From an uncultured Phycisphaerales bacterium (GTDB taxonomy: Bacteria > Planctomycetota > Phycisphaerae > Phycisphaerales > UBA1924): a DNA stretch of 64,000 nucleotides. Location: contig CALLYM010000160.1 of assembly GCA_937858155.1 (NCBI GenBank), forward strand, positions 5,568-69,567, read 5' to 3'. This document shows positions 32,297-40,612 of the stretch, piece by piece; position 1 is the stretch's first letter, and each line of letters starts with the position of its first letter. Both the position numbers and the translations under genes were made by a program. The notes under the pieces were generated by a model. It did not search any database and was not told where the DNA came from. It saw only the letters and a program-made list of their open reading frames with translations.

Positions 32297-33466
32297 CTAC
32301 CGCAATTCCTCCCCCAGCAGCCCGTGCAGCTGCTTGAGCTCCTCGCTCTTCCCCCGTGGCATCACCAGCGTTGCGTCCGCCGTCTGGACCACGATCACAT
32401 CGTCCAGCCCCAAGAGCGCCAGCGTGTGGCCCTTGGCGGCGACTCCCAGCGAATTCCGACACCCGTGGATCACGACCGACCCCTCGCCTGCGCTGCGGTT
32501 TCCCTGCTTGTCCGCCGGCACCGTCTCCCCGAAACTGGGCCAGGAGCCAACGTCCAGCCACTGGACATCCATCTGCACGGTGCAAACCTGGAACTGCGTG
32601 CCCTTCTTGCCTGTCCGCTGGGCGTGCAGGGCTTCTTTCGCGGCCGGCTCGAGCACCGCATAGTCCACGCTGATCTTGGGCAGGTTGGGGTAGACCTCCG
32701 CGAGCACGCTCCTGAACTTCTTGGTGCCCCAGGCCTTCTGGATGGTCATGAGCCCTTCGTAACTCTCGGGCTCAAACTTCGCGAGCGCCTCGAGGAACGT
32801 CTGGGCCTTCCACACGAACATGCCGCTGTTCCACGCGAAGTCGCCGCTGGCGACGTACACCTCGGCGCGGGCTTTGTCCGGCTTCTCCACAAAGCGCGCG
32901 ACGTGGTACGCGTGCTCCTTGACGCCGTCGACGCCGGGCTTTTTCCCTTCCTTCGCGTCGCGCACGGGCGTGCCGCGCTCGACGTAGCCGAAGCCGGTTG
33001 CTGCGTACGTGGGCTTGATCGAGAACGTGACGAACCGGCCGGGGTCGTTCTCCACCAGGCGGAAGCCAAGGTCCATGCGCTCCTGGAAGGCGTCGATGGG
33101 CTCGATGACGTGGTCGGCCGTCAGCACGGCGAAGATGGCGTCCTTGTCCTCCTTCGCGAGGATGGCGGCGGCGAAGCCGACGGCATTGACCGTGTCACGG
33201 GCCGCGGGCTCGCCCAGGACGTGCTCGTCGTCGTAGTCCGGCAGCAGGTCGCGCACGCTGCCGCGGTATTGTTCCGCGGTGCAGATGTAGCGGTTCTTCT
33301 GGTCGATGAGCTTGTCGAGGCGTGCGTCGGCGAGTTCTAGCAGTGCACGGGGCTTCTTGTCCCCCTCGCGCTTGATGAAGCGGAGGAGTTGTTTGGGCTG
33401 GCCCTTGCGGCTCATGGGCCACAGCCGCGTGCCCGCTCCCCCCGCCATGATCATCGCGTATCGCAT
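32297..33466 (-). CDS. manC: mannose-1-phosphate guanylyltransferase (nucleotidyltransferase domain, no isomerase domain seen)
   Basis: MRYAMIMAGGAGTRLWPMSRKGQPKQLL is the classic N-terminus, and SGMFVWKAQTFLE is also present. The track start at 33541 would run through a terminator hairpin. Confidence 0.85.
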   Translation of the reverse strand: MRYAMIMAGGAGTRLWPMSRKGQPKQLLRFIKREGDKKPRALLELADARLDKLIDQKNRYICTAEQYRGSVRDLLPDYDDEHVLGEPAARDTVNAVGFAAAILAKEDKDAIFAVLTADHVIEPIDAFQERMDLGFRLVENDPGRFVTFSIKPTYAATGFGYVERGTPVRDAKEGKKPGVDGVKEHAYHVARFVEKPDKARAEVYVASGDFAWNSGMFVWKAQTFLEALAKFEPESYEGLMTIQKAWGTKKFRSVLAEVYPNLPKISVDYAVLEPAAKEALHAQRTGKKGTQFQVCTVQMDVQWLDVGSWPSFGETVPADKQGNRSAGEGSVVIHGCRNSLGVAAKGHTLALLGLDDVIVVQTADATLVMPRGKSEELKQLHGLLGEELR

Positions 33467-33496
33467 AGGTCGCGGAGCGTAGTGGGGCCGGGCCGG

Positions 33497-33531
33497 GAAA
33501 GAAAAAACCCAGGGACGTGGGTCCCTGGGTT
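33497..33531 (-). terminator. intrinsic terminator after the M36 protease gene
   Basis: The minus strand reads AACCCAGGGAC-CCAC-GTCCCTGGGTT (11-bp perfect stem) followed by TTTTCTTTCC. Confidence 0.7.
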
Positions 33532-33556
33532 CTTGATTCATCGTCGGTTTCCGGTC

Positions 33557-36500
33557 TTACAGGCAGGGACCGCCGCTGAACTTGCTCAGCAGTGAGTCGA
33601 TGTCCGTCGTGTCCGGGAAGAGCCCATCATTGTTGAAGTCGATGCCATCGCAGACGGGTCCGGCGTCACAGGTGAAGCGGAAGATGCGCAGGTCGTCGAT
33701 GGCGGCCTCAACGATGCTGGCGCTGGTCGTGTCATCGGCCTTGAACCGCATCTTCATCTGGTTGGTGGCGGCGATGCCAACGCTGGAGAGCGTGCGGGAA
33801 ACGAGCACCCAGGAATTCTGGGCGGTTGCCCCGACCGGGACGCTCTCGAAGGGCGTCCACGATGTGCCGTTGTTGTTGGAGATCTCGACCAGCCACGGGT
33901 CGGCGTAGGTCGCGGATCCGTTGTTGTTGTACCAGCGCTGGTACTGGATGGTCACGTCGCCCGAGCCCGTGAGATCGAACGTGGGGGTGTTGAGGTAGGT
34001 GTAGCCGGTGTCCACGTCGAAGGTGCCTACGGCGGCGCCGGCGTTGCCATCGGTGACCCAGCAGGCGACGCCGGGTGCGGGGGTGGTGTCGGCGCCGGGC
34101 TGTGCGGTGGTCGCCTGGGGCGCCATGCGGTTCCAGATGCCGGTGGTGGCGGTGTTGGGCCCGACGGTCCAGCCCGCGTCAGCTTCCATGTCCCAGTAGT
34201 AGGGCTGCACGGTGCCGGTGTAGACCGATGCGCCGTACGACGCGGCGGGCGCGGTCGAGGGGCTGGCCTGTGTGCCCATGGACGTGCCCACGGAGAAGTA
34301 GTACCTCACATTGTTAAAGCACGACGAAGACGGCAGGGTGGCAAAGTACTCGTTCGCGCCGTTGGGGGTCATGGATGAGGGGGTGAACGCCCCACCGTTG
34401 ATAGAAACGAACATCTGCCCGGTGTTGGGCGTGAGGGTAAGTAGGATGGGAGACATGTGAACGCGGATCGTGGTGGTCGAGGTGGGGGACAGCTGGGTAG
34501 GCGTGCCGTCCGGGAAGGTGAAGTCGACGCGGTTGGGGAGGTCGTAGGCCTCGACGATGCCGGTGGTAGAGCCGCTGGTGGGGCTGGTCGCGGATGCGCC
34601 CATGCCGCGCTTGGCGAAGCCCTGCCAGAGGCGCAGCTGGTGCTGCCCGCTGTAGCGGACCATATCCGACTGCATGATCGCGTCACGCTCGGTCAGGAAG
34701 TTGGGGTTGCTGGGCGCAAGCTTCATGCCGTCCAGCACCAACTGCATCATGGTCTGGTTGGCCGCGAAGCCTTCATCGAGGCCGATCGAAGCGCGACCTT
34801 CGAGCAGCACCTGGCACCAGACTTCACCCTCGTTGTGGACCTCGCTGGGGTTGGTGTTGCTCGTCGCAACAGCGGGGTTGCGTGGGATCGATCCGTCTGC
34901 TGAGAACGTCATGATGTCGGCGTACGTGAGGGGGGACTTGGTCATGTCCGTGCTGTAGGGATAGCGCCGGATGCCGAAGTAGTAGTTGGCCCAGGTGGTG
35001 CCGCCGAGCTGGTAGGTGGTGTGGCCGCCGGTGGCATACACGGCGTTGAAGTCGTCGCCGCTTTCGGCGCTCAGGGAGAGGCCGAAGAAGTCGCCCCAGC
35101 CCTCGCCCATGCCGCCGGCCTGCGTGCCGCTGAGCGTGTTCTCATGGCAGCGGGTGCTGGTGCCGTGCGTCAGTTCATGGTACAGGATGTCCTGGTCCAT
35201 GCCACCGTCGCGGTCGGGCGTGGGGCCGGTGAAGATGTACATCTGGCAGCGGCCCACGCCGCCGTCGGCGTTGACGGCGAAGTTGGCGTTGTTGGTGCCG
35301 CTGCTGTCCTGCATCTCAAGGCGGACGTAATCGCCCGCGACGCCGGGGTGGCCGAGGTTGTCGAGCTGGAAGTTGCCCGCGGCCTCATCAAAGCCCATCG
35401 CGTACAGGCGGTCGTGGTACAAGTTCGCGTGGTAGAAGCCGTGGGTCACGCTGGCGAGGTTGTACGACACCGGTGCGCCGGTGGGGAAGTTGACCCCGTC
35501 CACTGCCATCGCGTTGTCGAACACCCGTGTTGCGGATACGGGGCGTCCGCCGGCGTCGGGCGTGTTGGCGGTGGCGTCGCTGTCCAGGTATCCGTCCACG
35601 TTGTTGCCGGTGGTGGTCGTGCCGCCGTCGGGGATCCAGCCGTTCGGGGAGAACGCGCTGATGTCCGCGGGCTGAACGGTGCGCAGGGTGCGGGCGACGA
35701 AGGGCGCCTGCGTTGTCACGCTGGTGGAGGGACCGGGCGACCACGGTGCCGGGCTATCGCTCGCGTAGAAGCGGTAGGTGACGGGCTCGGTCGTCGCGCT
35801 CTTGAGCCAGTTCTGGCGCCAGAGCACCTTGCCGTCCACTGCGTCCACGACCACGTCGTACGTGTGGCCGATGCCCTTCGTGGGGATGACCACCACATAG
35901 GCGGGACGGAGTTCGTCGCGGGACATGGGGAACACCACCCGCTTCGTGGTGATGGGGGTCCAGTGGTCCAGTTCATCGCCCACGGTCCACACGGTCTTCT
36001 CGTCCGCGCCCGCTGCGCGGTCGCCGATGACGGGGTTCACGATCGGGCTGCCCACGCTGGCGGCGGCGGTATGCAGTGCCTGCTCGGCGGTGAGCACGGG
36101 TTGGGCGATCGTCCAGCCTCCCGCGGGGCGGGGCACGAACGCGCTGCTTACGTTGATGATCTCACCCTGTGAGGTGTAGTTGCTGCGCAGGATCGCGCCG
36201 AACACCTCGAGCCCGCCCGCCATCTGCTGGTGGGTCAGGTGGTGCATGATGCCGTGCGTACCGAAGTCGCGAACAACCTTGGTGTTCGCGAGCTCCTTTG
36301 AGTCCATCCCGAAGAGGTCCGCGTTGGCGTCCATATAGGATGCGAGGATGTCGGCGTACGCCGCCTTGCTGGGATTTGTCAGGAACGCGACGGTTGACCG
36401 CACGAACTGGGGCGAGCCGAAGATCGAGTGCTCGTCCACCTTTAGGTCGGGCACCTCGCTCTGGAGGCGCCTTACCGCCGCGGTGTACTCCGCGTACGCG

Positions 36501-36718
36501 TTGCTCGAACGCCACGCGTTGAGCGGCACGCCGGCCTGCTCACTCAGGGTGCCGTCCGCGGCCTGGCGGATGTCAAAGAAAGGCAGGCCGTCATGATCCT
36601 GCGTTCCATGGAACGCCGGGTCGCTCGCGATCTGTCCCTGGGCCAGCCCCGCAAGGCCAACCAACGCCAGCGCAGCGCCGGCCACACAACCAAGACCCCT
36701 CTGCAACTGATTCCGCAT
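33557..36718 (-). CDS. secreted M36 (fungalysin)-like zinc metalloprotease with large C-terminal extension and a dockerin/EF-hand-like tail
   Basis: Signal peptide. Also a propeptide-like region, ILYHELTHGTSTRC (HExxH), GGMGEGWGDFF and EVHNEGEVW, which are the fungalysin-type arrangement. The C-terminus reads CDGIDFNNDGLFPDTTDIDSLLSKFSGGPCL. Confidence 0.85.
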   Translation of the reverse strand: MRNQLQRGLGCVAGAALALVGLAGLAQGQIASDPAFHGTQDHDGLPFFDIRQAADGTLSEQAGVPLNAWRSSNAYAEYTAAVRRLQSEVPDLKVDEHSIFGSPQFVRSTVAFLTNPSKAAYADILASYMDANADLFGMDSKELANTKVVRDFGTHGIMHHLTHQQMAGGLEVFGAILRSNYTSQGEIINVSSAFVPRPAGGWTIAQPVLTAEQALHTAAASVGSPIVNPVIGDRAAGADEKTVWTVGDELDHWTPITTKRVVFPMSRDELRPAYVVVIPTKGIGHTYDVVVDAVDGKVLWRQNWLKSATTEPVTYRFYASDSPAPWSPGPSTSVTTQAPFVARTLRTVQPADISAFSPNGWIPDGGTTTTGNNVDGYLDSDATANTPDAGGRPVSATRVFDNAMAVDGVNFPTGAPVSYNLASVTHGFYHANLYHDRLYAMGFDEAAGNFQLDNLGHPGVAGDYVRLEMQDSSGTNNANFAVNADGGVGRCQMYIFTGPTPDRDGGMDQDILYHELTHGTSTRCHENTLSGTQAGGMGEGWGDFFGLSLSAESGDDFNAVYATGGHTTYQLGGTTWANYYFGIRRYPYSTDMTKSPLTYADIMTFSADGSIPRNPAVATSNTNPSEVHNEGEVWCQVLLEGRASIGLDEGFAANQTMMQLVLDGMKLAPSNPNFLTERDAIMQSDMVRYSGQHQLRLWQGFAKRGMGASATSPTSGSTTGIVEAYDLPNRVDFTFPDGTPTQLSPTSTTTIRVHMSPILLTLTPNTGQMFVSINGGAFTPSSMTPNGANEYFATLPSSSCFNNVRYYFSVGTSMGTQASPSTAPAASYGASVYTGTVQPYYWDMEADAGWTVGPNTATTGIWNRMAPQATTAQPGADTTPAPGVACWVTDGNAGAAVGTFDVDTGYTYLNTPTFDLTGSGDVTIQYQRWYNNNGSATYADPWLVEISNNNGTSWTPFESVPVGATAQNSWVLVSRTLSSVGIAATNQMKMRFKADDTTSASIVEAAIDDLRIFRFTCDAGPVCDGIDFNNDGLFPDTTDIDSLLSKFSGGPCL

Positions 36719-37036
36719 CTGTGGATCCTCTCTGACTCATCTATAAGGAATTCGCCCAGTGCCGAAGCACACGATCCCCACAACCAAACCCCCAGACCTT
36801 ACCCACGAGACCCAGGCCATGCAAAACGCTAACAAAACCACCTCCCAGCCCGGCACAGGGCTGTTGATCGTGGCTTGAAACCGTTCCCAGAGTTGTACCT
36901 CCGAACTCCAAAGTCTGCAACCAAAAACGCCCAGATAGCTCTGGTATTGCCAAACTATCCAATTGAGTTATCGGCGTGATGCCGCCAAGGGATCAGGCAC
37001 ATCCGATACCCACCCCAATTCAGGCGTGTGCGTTCG

Positions 37037-39514
37037 CTACTCCGATTGCAGGTGCCTCATGAAGAATCCTGCAATACGGGTCTGCACCGCCTCCACCCAC
37101 TCGGGCTTGCTGACGCCGTGCGTCTGGCCTGGCAGTGGCATGAACTCGAAGTCCTTCTTGGCCCGCACGAGCGCGTCGCAGAGTTTCATAGAGTGGACGA
37201 AGTACACGTTGTCGTCCGCCGTGCCGTGGATGAGGAGGAACGGCACCGACAAGTCCTTCGCGTAGGTCAGCACGCTGCTCGCGTCGTAGCCGGCGACATT
37301 ACCCGGCATGCCGTCGGTGAGTTGGTCGCTGGGCAGGGGCATGCCCATGTAGCGCTCGGTGTAGTGTGTGTCGTAGTCGCGCCAATCGACGACGGGCGCG
37401 CCGGCGACGCCCGCCTTGTAGACGTCGGGCCTGCGCATCACAGCCATCGCGGCGAAGTACCCGCCGAAGGACCAGCCGTTGACACCAATGCGCGAGCGGT
37501 CCATCTCCGGGTACTGCTTGCAGAGTTCCTCCAGCGCCGCGCAGTGGTCGCTGAGGGCGACGTCGATCAGGTTGTTCTTGATCGCGCGTTCCCACGCGCG
37601 CCCTTTGTCGGGCGTGCCGCGACCGTCGATGCAGACGACGATGAACCCCTGATCCGCGAACCACTGGTGCAGCAGGTAGTTCCTCGCCGCGGCGTTGACG
37701 GTCTTGCTGTGCGGGCCCGCGTAGGCGAAGTCGAGGACGGGGTACTTCTTGGACTTGTCGAAGTCGTGCGGCCGCACGATCATCACGCTCAGCGGTCCGC
37801 GCGCGTCGTCGCCGTCATACACGCCGGGCACGCGCACGCTCGTCAGTTCCAATTTCGGCACGAACGGCGGTGATTCGGCGACGGACGCGATGCGGCCCAC
37901 TTCGTCGAGCTGGAGTGTCGGAGAAAAGTTGAACGGCGTTGAGTCTGGGTCACGCTTCAGCGCGTCCGCCCTGCGCTTCGCGTCCTCTGGGCGTTCCTTG
38001 TACGGCCTCACCCGGCGCACCACCCACTTCTGTGCCCCTTCCATGTCCGCGACCGTCTCCACAAGTGTCGTGCCATCTGTGCCGACGACAGCGCTCGATG
38101 TTCTCGCCCAGACAAACCGAGACTCGCCAGAACTGCTGTCCACGGGAGAGTTCCCGGAATTCAATCGCCTTGCGCTCACCAGTGACATCGGCTGCGTGAG
38201 GCCGTCTATGGTGTAGACAATGTCGGCGGCGGAGTTCACGCCAGAAATCGAGCGTGCTCCAAGAACGGGGCCCCACTCAGCGAGTTCGCCGGTGATTGCT
38301 CGCTTTCGGATCATCCACTGATCATCCACATCCACCAGCAGCGTGCGGGGTGATTCTTCTCTGCACTCCGTCATCCATAAAAAACTCTTCCCATCCTCCA
38401 ACCACGTCGGGCTGCTCGGGTGCAGGTTCACCCAGGCCTCGTCCTTCTCCCGCAGAATCTCCTTCACCTCCCCCGTCCCCTCCTCCACCCGGTAAAACAC
38501 CTGCTCCGTCTGCGTCCGGTTCTGCACCAGTACGCACAGCGGCGCACCCTTCGCCCACGTCACTTTCGCCATGTACGGGTACGCGGCGTGGTCCCACTCG
38601 ACGCGTGTCGCCTTGGGTTCCGAAGCGCCGTTCTCAAACACCCCCTCCAGTTCCGCCACCCACAATTCCACCGCCGCGTTCTTCTTACCTGCGCGGGGGT
38701 ATGCCCACGTCTTCGCCGGCTTCGCCGGATCAAACGGGTCGGCGATCGTGAACTTCTCCACGCCTGTCACGTCCGTCCGCTGGTACGCGATCGCCTTGCT
38801 GTCCGGCGACCACCAGTAGCCCTGAGAGCGGTCCATCTCTTCCTGCGCGACAAACTCCGCTTCGCCGAAACTCACGTCGCCCTCGGCGGTGGGGGAAACC
38901 TGCGCCTCCGCACCGTCGCTGACGCGCGTAACCCACACCGCCCCACCCCGCACGCACGCGACCATGGATGCGTCGGGCGAGAAGCGAGCATCGATCGCCG
39001 CACCGTGCGTGCTCTTCAGTTCCTTCACGACCGGCTTCCCCGCGAGCGCCGACGCTATTTCCACGACAAACAACCGCGAGCCGACCGGCACCAGCAGTGA
39101 CGTGCCGTCCTTGCTGACCTCGTACGACGCGATCCCCCGGCTGCTCGACCGTGCCCGCTCGCGCCGGGCGAGCTCCTCGGGTGTCAGGGCTTCGTCGCCA
39201 CCGCCCGCGAGTTGGTCCGCCGTCAAGAACGGCCGTTCAGCAGCGGTGGCGACGTCAAACCACCAAAGGTCCTGACGGAAGGAGCGGGGGCCCGCGGCGC
39301 GAAGGAAGAGCACACCGGTCCCGTCGGGAGTGATCTGAAGTCCGACTGGATTGCCGAGGCGAAAGCGGTTGGTCTCGGCATAGTCCCGTAAAAATTGCCC
39401 GGAAGTGGGTAGTGGTGTTGATTGAGCGGCCGTAGGAAAGCAAACAGCCAAGCACGCACAGAGCGTCGTACAAGCGGCGAAAGTGTGTTGTGTGCGGTGA
39501 AAGCGGCTGTTCAT
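37037..39514 (-). CDS. S9 family dipeptidyl peptidase (DPP IV-like: beta-propeller + alpha/beta hydrolase)
   Basis: The C-terminal catalytic domain has GVNGWSFGGYFAAMA (GxSxGG), LLIHGTADDNV and QTHGV. The N-terminal region is DPPIV_N-like. The start is ATG 39514 or 39535. Confidence 0.9.
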   Translation of the reverse strand: MNSRFHRTQHTFAACTTLCACLAVCFPTAAQSTPLPTSGQFLRDYAETNRFRLGNPVGLQITPDGTGVLFLRAAGPRSFRQDLWWFDVATAAERPFLTADQLAGGGDEALTPEELARRERARSSSRGIASYEVSKDGTSLLVPVGSRLFVVEIASALAGKPVVKELKSTHGAAIDARFSPDASMVACVRGGAVWVTRVSDGAEAQVSPTAEGDVSFGEAEFVAQEEMDRSQGYWWSPDSKAIAYQRTDVTGVEKFTIADPFDPAKPAKTWAYPRAGKKNAAVELWVAELEGVFENGASEPKATRVEWDHAAYPYMAKVTWAKGAPLCVLVQNRTQTEQVFYRVEEGTGEVKEILREKDEAWVNLHPSSPTWLEDGKSFLWMTECREESPRTLLVDVDDQWMIRKRAITGELAEWGPVLGARSISGVNSAADIVYTIDGLTQPMSLVSARRLNSGNSPVDSSSGESRFVWARTSSAVVGTDGTTLVETVADMEGAQKWVVRRVRPYKERPEDAKRRADALKRDPDSTPFNFSPTLQLDEVGRIASVAESPPFVPKLELTSVRVPGVYDGDDARGPLSVMIVRPHDFDKSKKYPVLDFAYAGPHSKTVNAAARNYLLHQWFADQGFIVVCIDGRGTPDKGRAWERAIKNNLIDVALSDHCAALEELCKQYPEMDRSRIGVNGWSFGGYFAAMAVMRRPDVYKAGVAGAPVVDWRDYDTHYTERYMGMPLPSDQLTDGMPGNVAGYDASSVLTYAKDLSVPFLLIHGTADDNVYFVHSMKLCDALVRAKKDFEFMPLPGQTHGVSKPEWVEAVQTRIAGFFMRHLQSE

Positions 39515-39785
39515 GGGGCATGATACAGGTTGCATGGGTCGCCGTTATGGGTAGAAAGAGTGTGTGCAGGTGGATGTCAATGCATACATCCGCGCGAATG
39601 GTTGGAATAAATATGCGTATTTGAATTGGTTAGTGAGAAGATTTTCAGGTTGCCCCATTTGCGAGGCAGTGGGATTGTGGTAGTATTTTACACGGACGTG
39701 GGGGTCCACGGTTGTGTGGCCGTGGTTTCGGGGGGAGCGCGTCCGCATTGTGGTGCCCTGCGCACTCCGGACGGAGCCTTGCCCC

Positions 39786-40487
39786 ATGCCCACCGAAGCT
39801 TGTTACCGTTGCCTCCGCGAACTCCTCCAGCACGGCGCCTTTTCTGAGGCCGTGTGGAGTGCGTTCATGCACGACCCGCTCTTGGGTGTGCAGATCATCA
39901 GGGATGACGGCCAAATTCTCTTTATCAACGACCAGGCGGCCCGCCTGATCTATGGATCCCAATACAAGGCGGAGGACTGCATCAGCCGCAATGCTCGGGA
40001 CTTTGTCCCGCCGCAGTTCCTGGAAGAGCGGATCGCGTTCCTGAAGTCGCTGGGCAAGGATGGCAAGACCCGGGTGACCAGGGGCATCATCCAGGGTCGC
40101 CAGATCATCTCCACGCTCATCCCAATCGCGGCTCCGGAGTCCATCGCACAAGGGGGCTCGGTGTGCCTTGCACTCACCCGGCACGTGGTGGGACCTGCGA
40201 AGCAGATTGTGGGTTTTGACGACCCCGGCGCGATGCACGTGACCCGGACCATGAGCCTGGGGCCGCTGGACTGCCTGTCGCCCCGTGAGCTTGAGATCCT
40301 GGCGATGATCGGGCAGGGGATGAGCACGCCTGAAATCTCGAGGCGTTTGTCCCGATCCGCGAACACCATCAACGATCACCGCAAGTCGATCGCCCGGAAG
40401 CTGGGCGTCACAAAGAGGGCAAGGCTTGCGGAGTTCGCTCAGATAGCCGGTCTGACGCCGGAGGACGCGACCCGCGTCCGCACATAG
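39786..40487 (+). CDS. PAS-like sensor + LuxR/GerE-type HTH one-component regulator (module 1 of 3)
   Basis: The C-terminus LSPRELEILAMIGQGMSTPEISRRLSRSANTINDHRKSIARKLGV is a LuxR-type HTH. The N-terminus (...GVQIIRDDGQILFINDQAARLIYG...FLEERIAFLKSL...RGIIQGRQIIS) is PAS-like. Confidence 0.8.
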   Translation: MPTEACYRCLRELLQHGAFSEAVWSAFMHDPLLGVQIIRDDGQILFINDQAARLIYGSQYKAEDCISRNARDFVPPQFLEERIAFLKSLGKDGKTRVTRGIIQGRQIISTLIPIAAPESIAQGGSVCLALTRHVVGPAKQIVGFDDPGAMHVTRTMSLGPLDCLSPRELEILAMIGQGMSTPEISRRLSRSANTINDHRKSIARKLGVTKRARLAEFAQIAGLTPEDATRVRT

Positions 40488-40612
40488 CCCGTTTGTGCCG
40501 GTCCTGTTGAGGGCATTTTCGAGTGATTCGGCGCACGAAGCTGGTCGTGCGGCACCCAGGCGCGGTATATTCGCGGCGTCCCGGACGTTGCAAGTGTACG
40601 GAGGGGTGGAAC

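Noticed and set aside
33467-33541. Upstream ATG (33541) as the start of manC.
   Set aside because: The extension would be translated through an 11-bp GC-rich terminator hairpin and encodes PRDPRPWVFSFPARPHYAPRP. The family N-terminus MRYAMIMAGGAGTRLWP begins at 33466.
36719-37036. 318-bp C/A-rich intergenic region between the DPP-IV and M36 genes, considered as a possible ncRNA, plus a weak CCAGA-GCTA-TCTGG + GCGTTTTTGG hairpin (about 36920-36945, minus strand).
   Set aside because: I could find no recognisable structured-RNA signature (tmRNA, RNase P, 6S, SRP, riboswitch cores). The hairpin has only a 5-bp stem. The region is most simply the promoter and 5' UTR of the protease gene.
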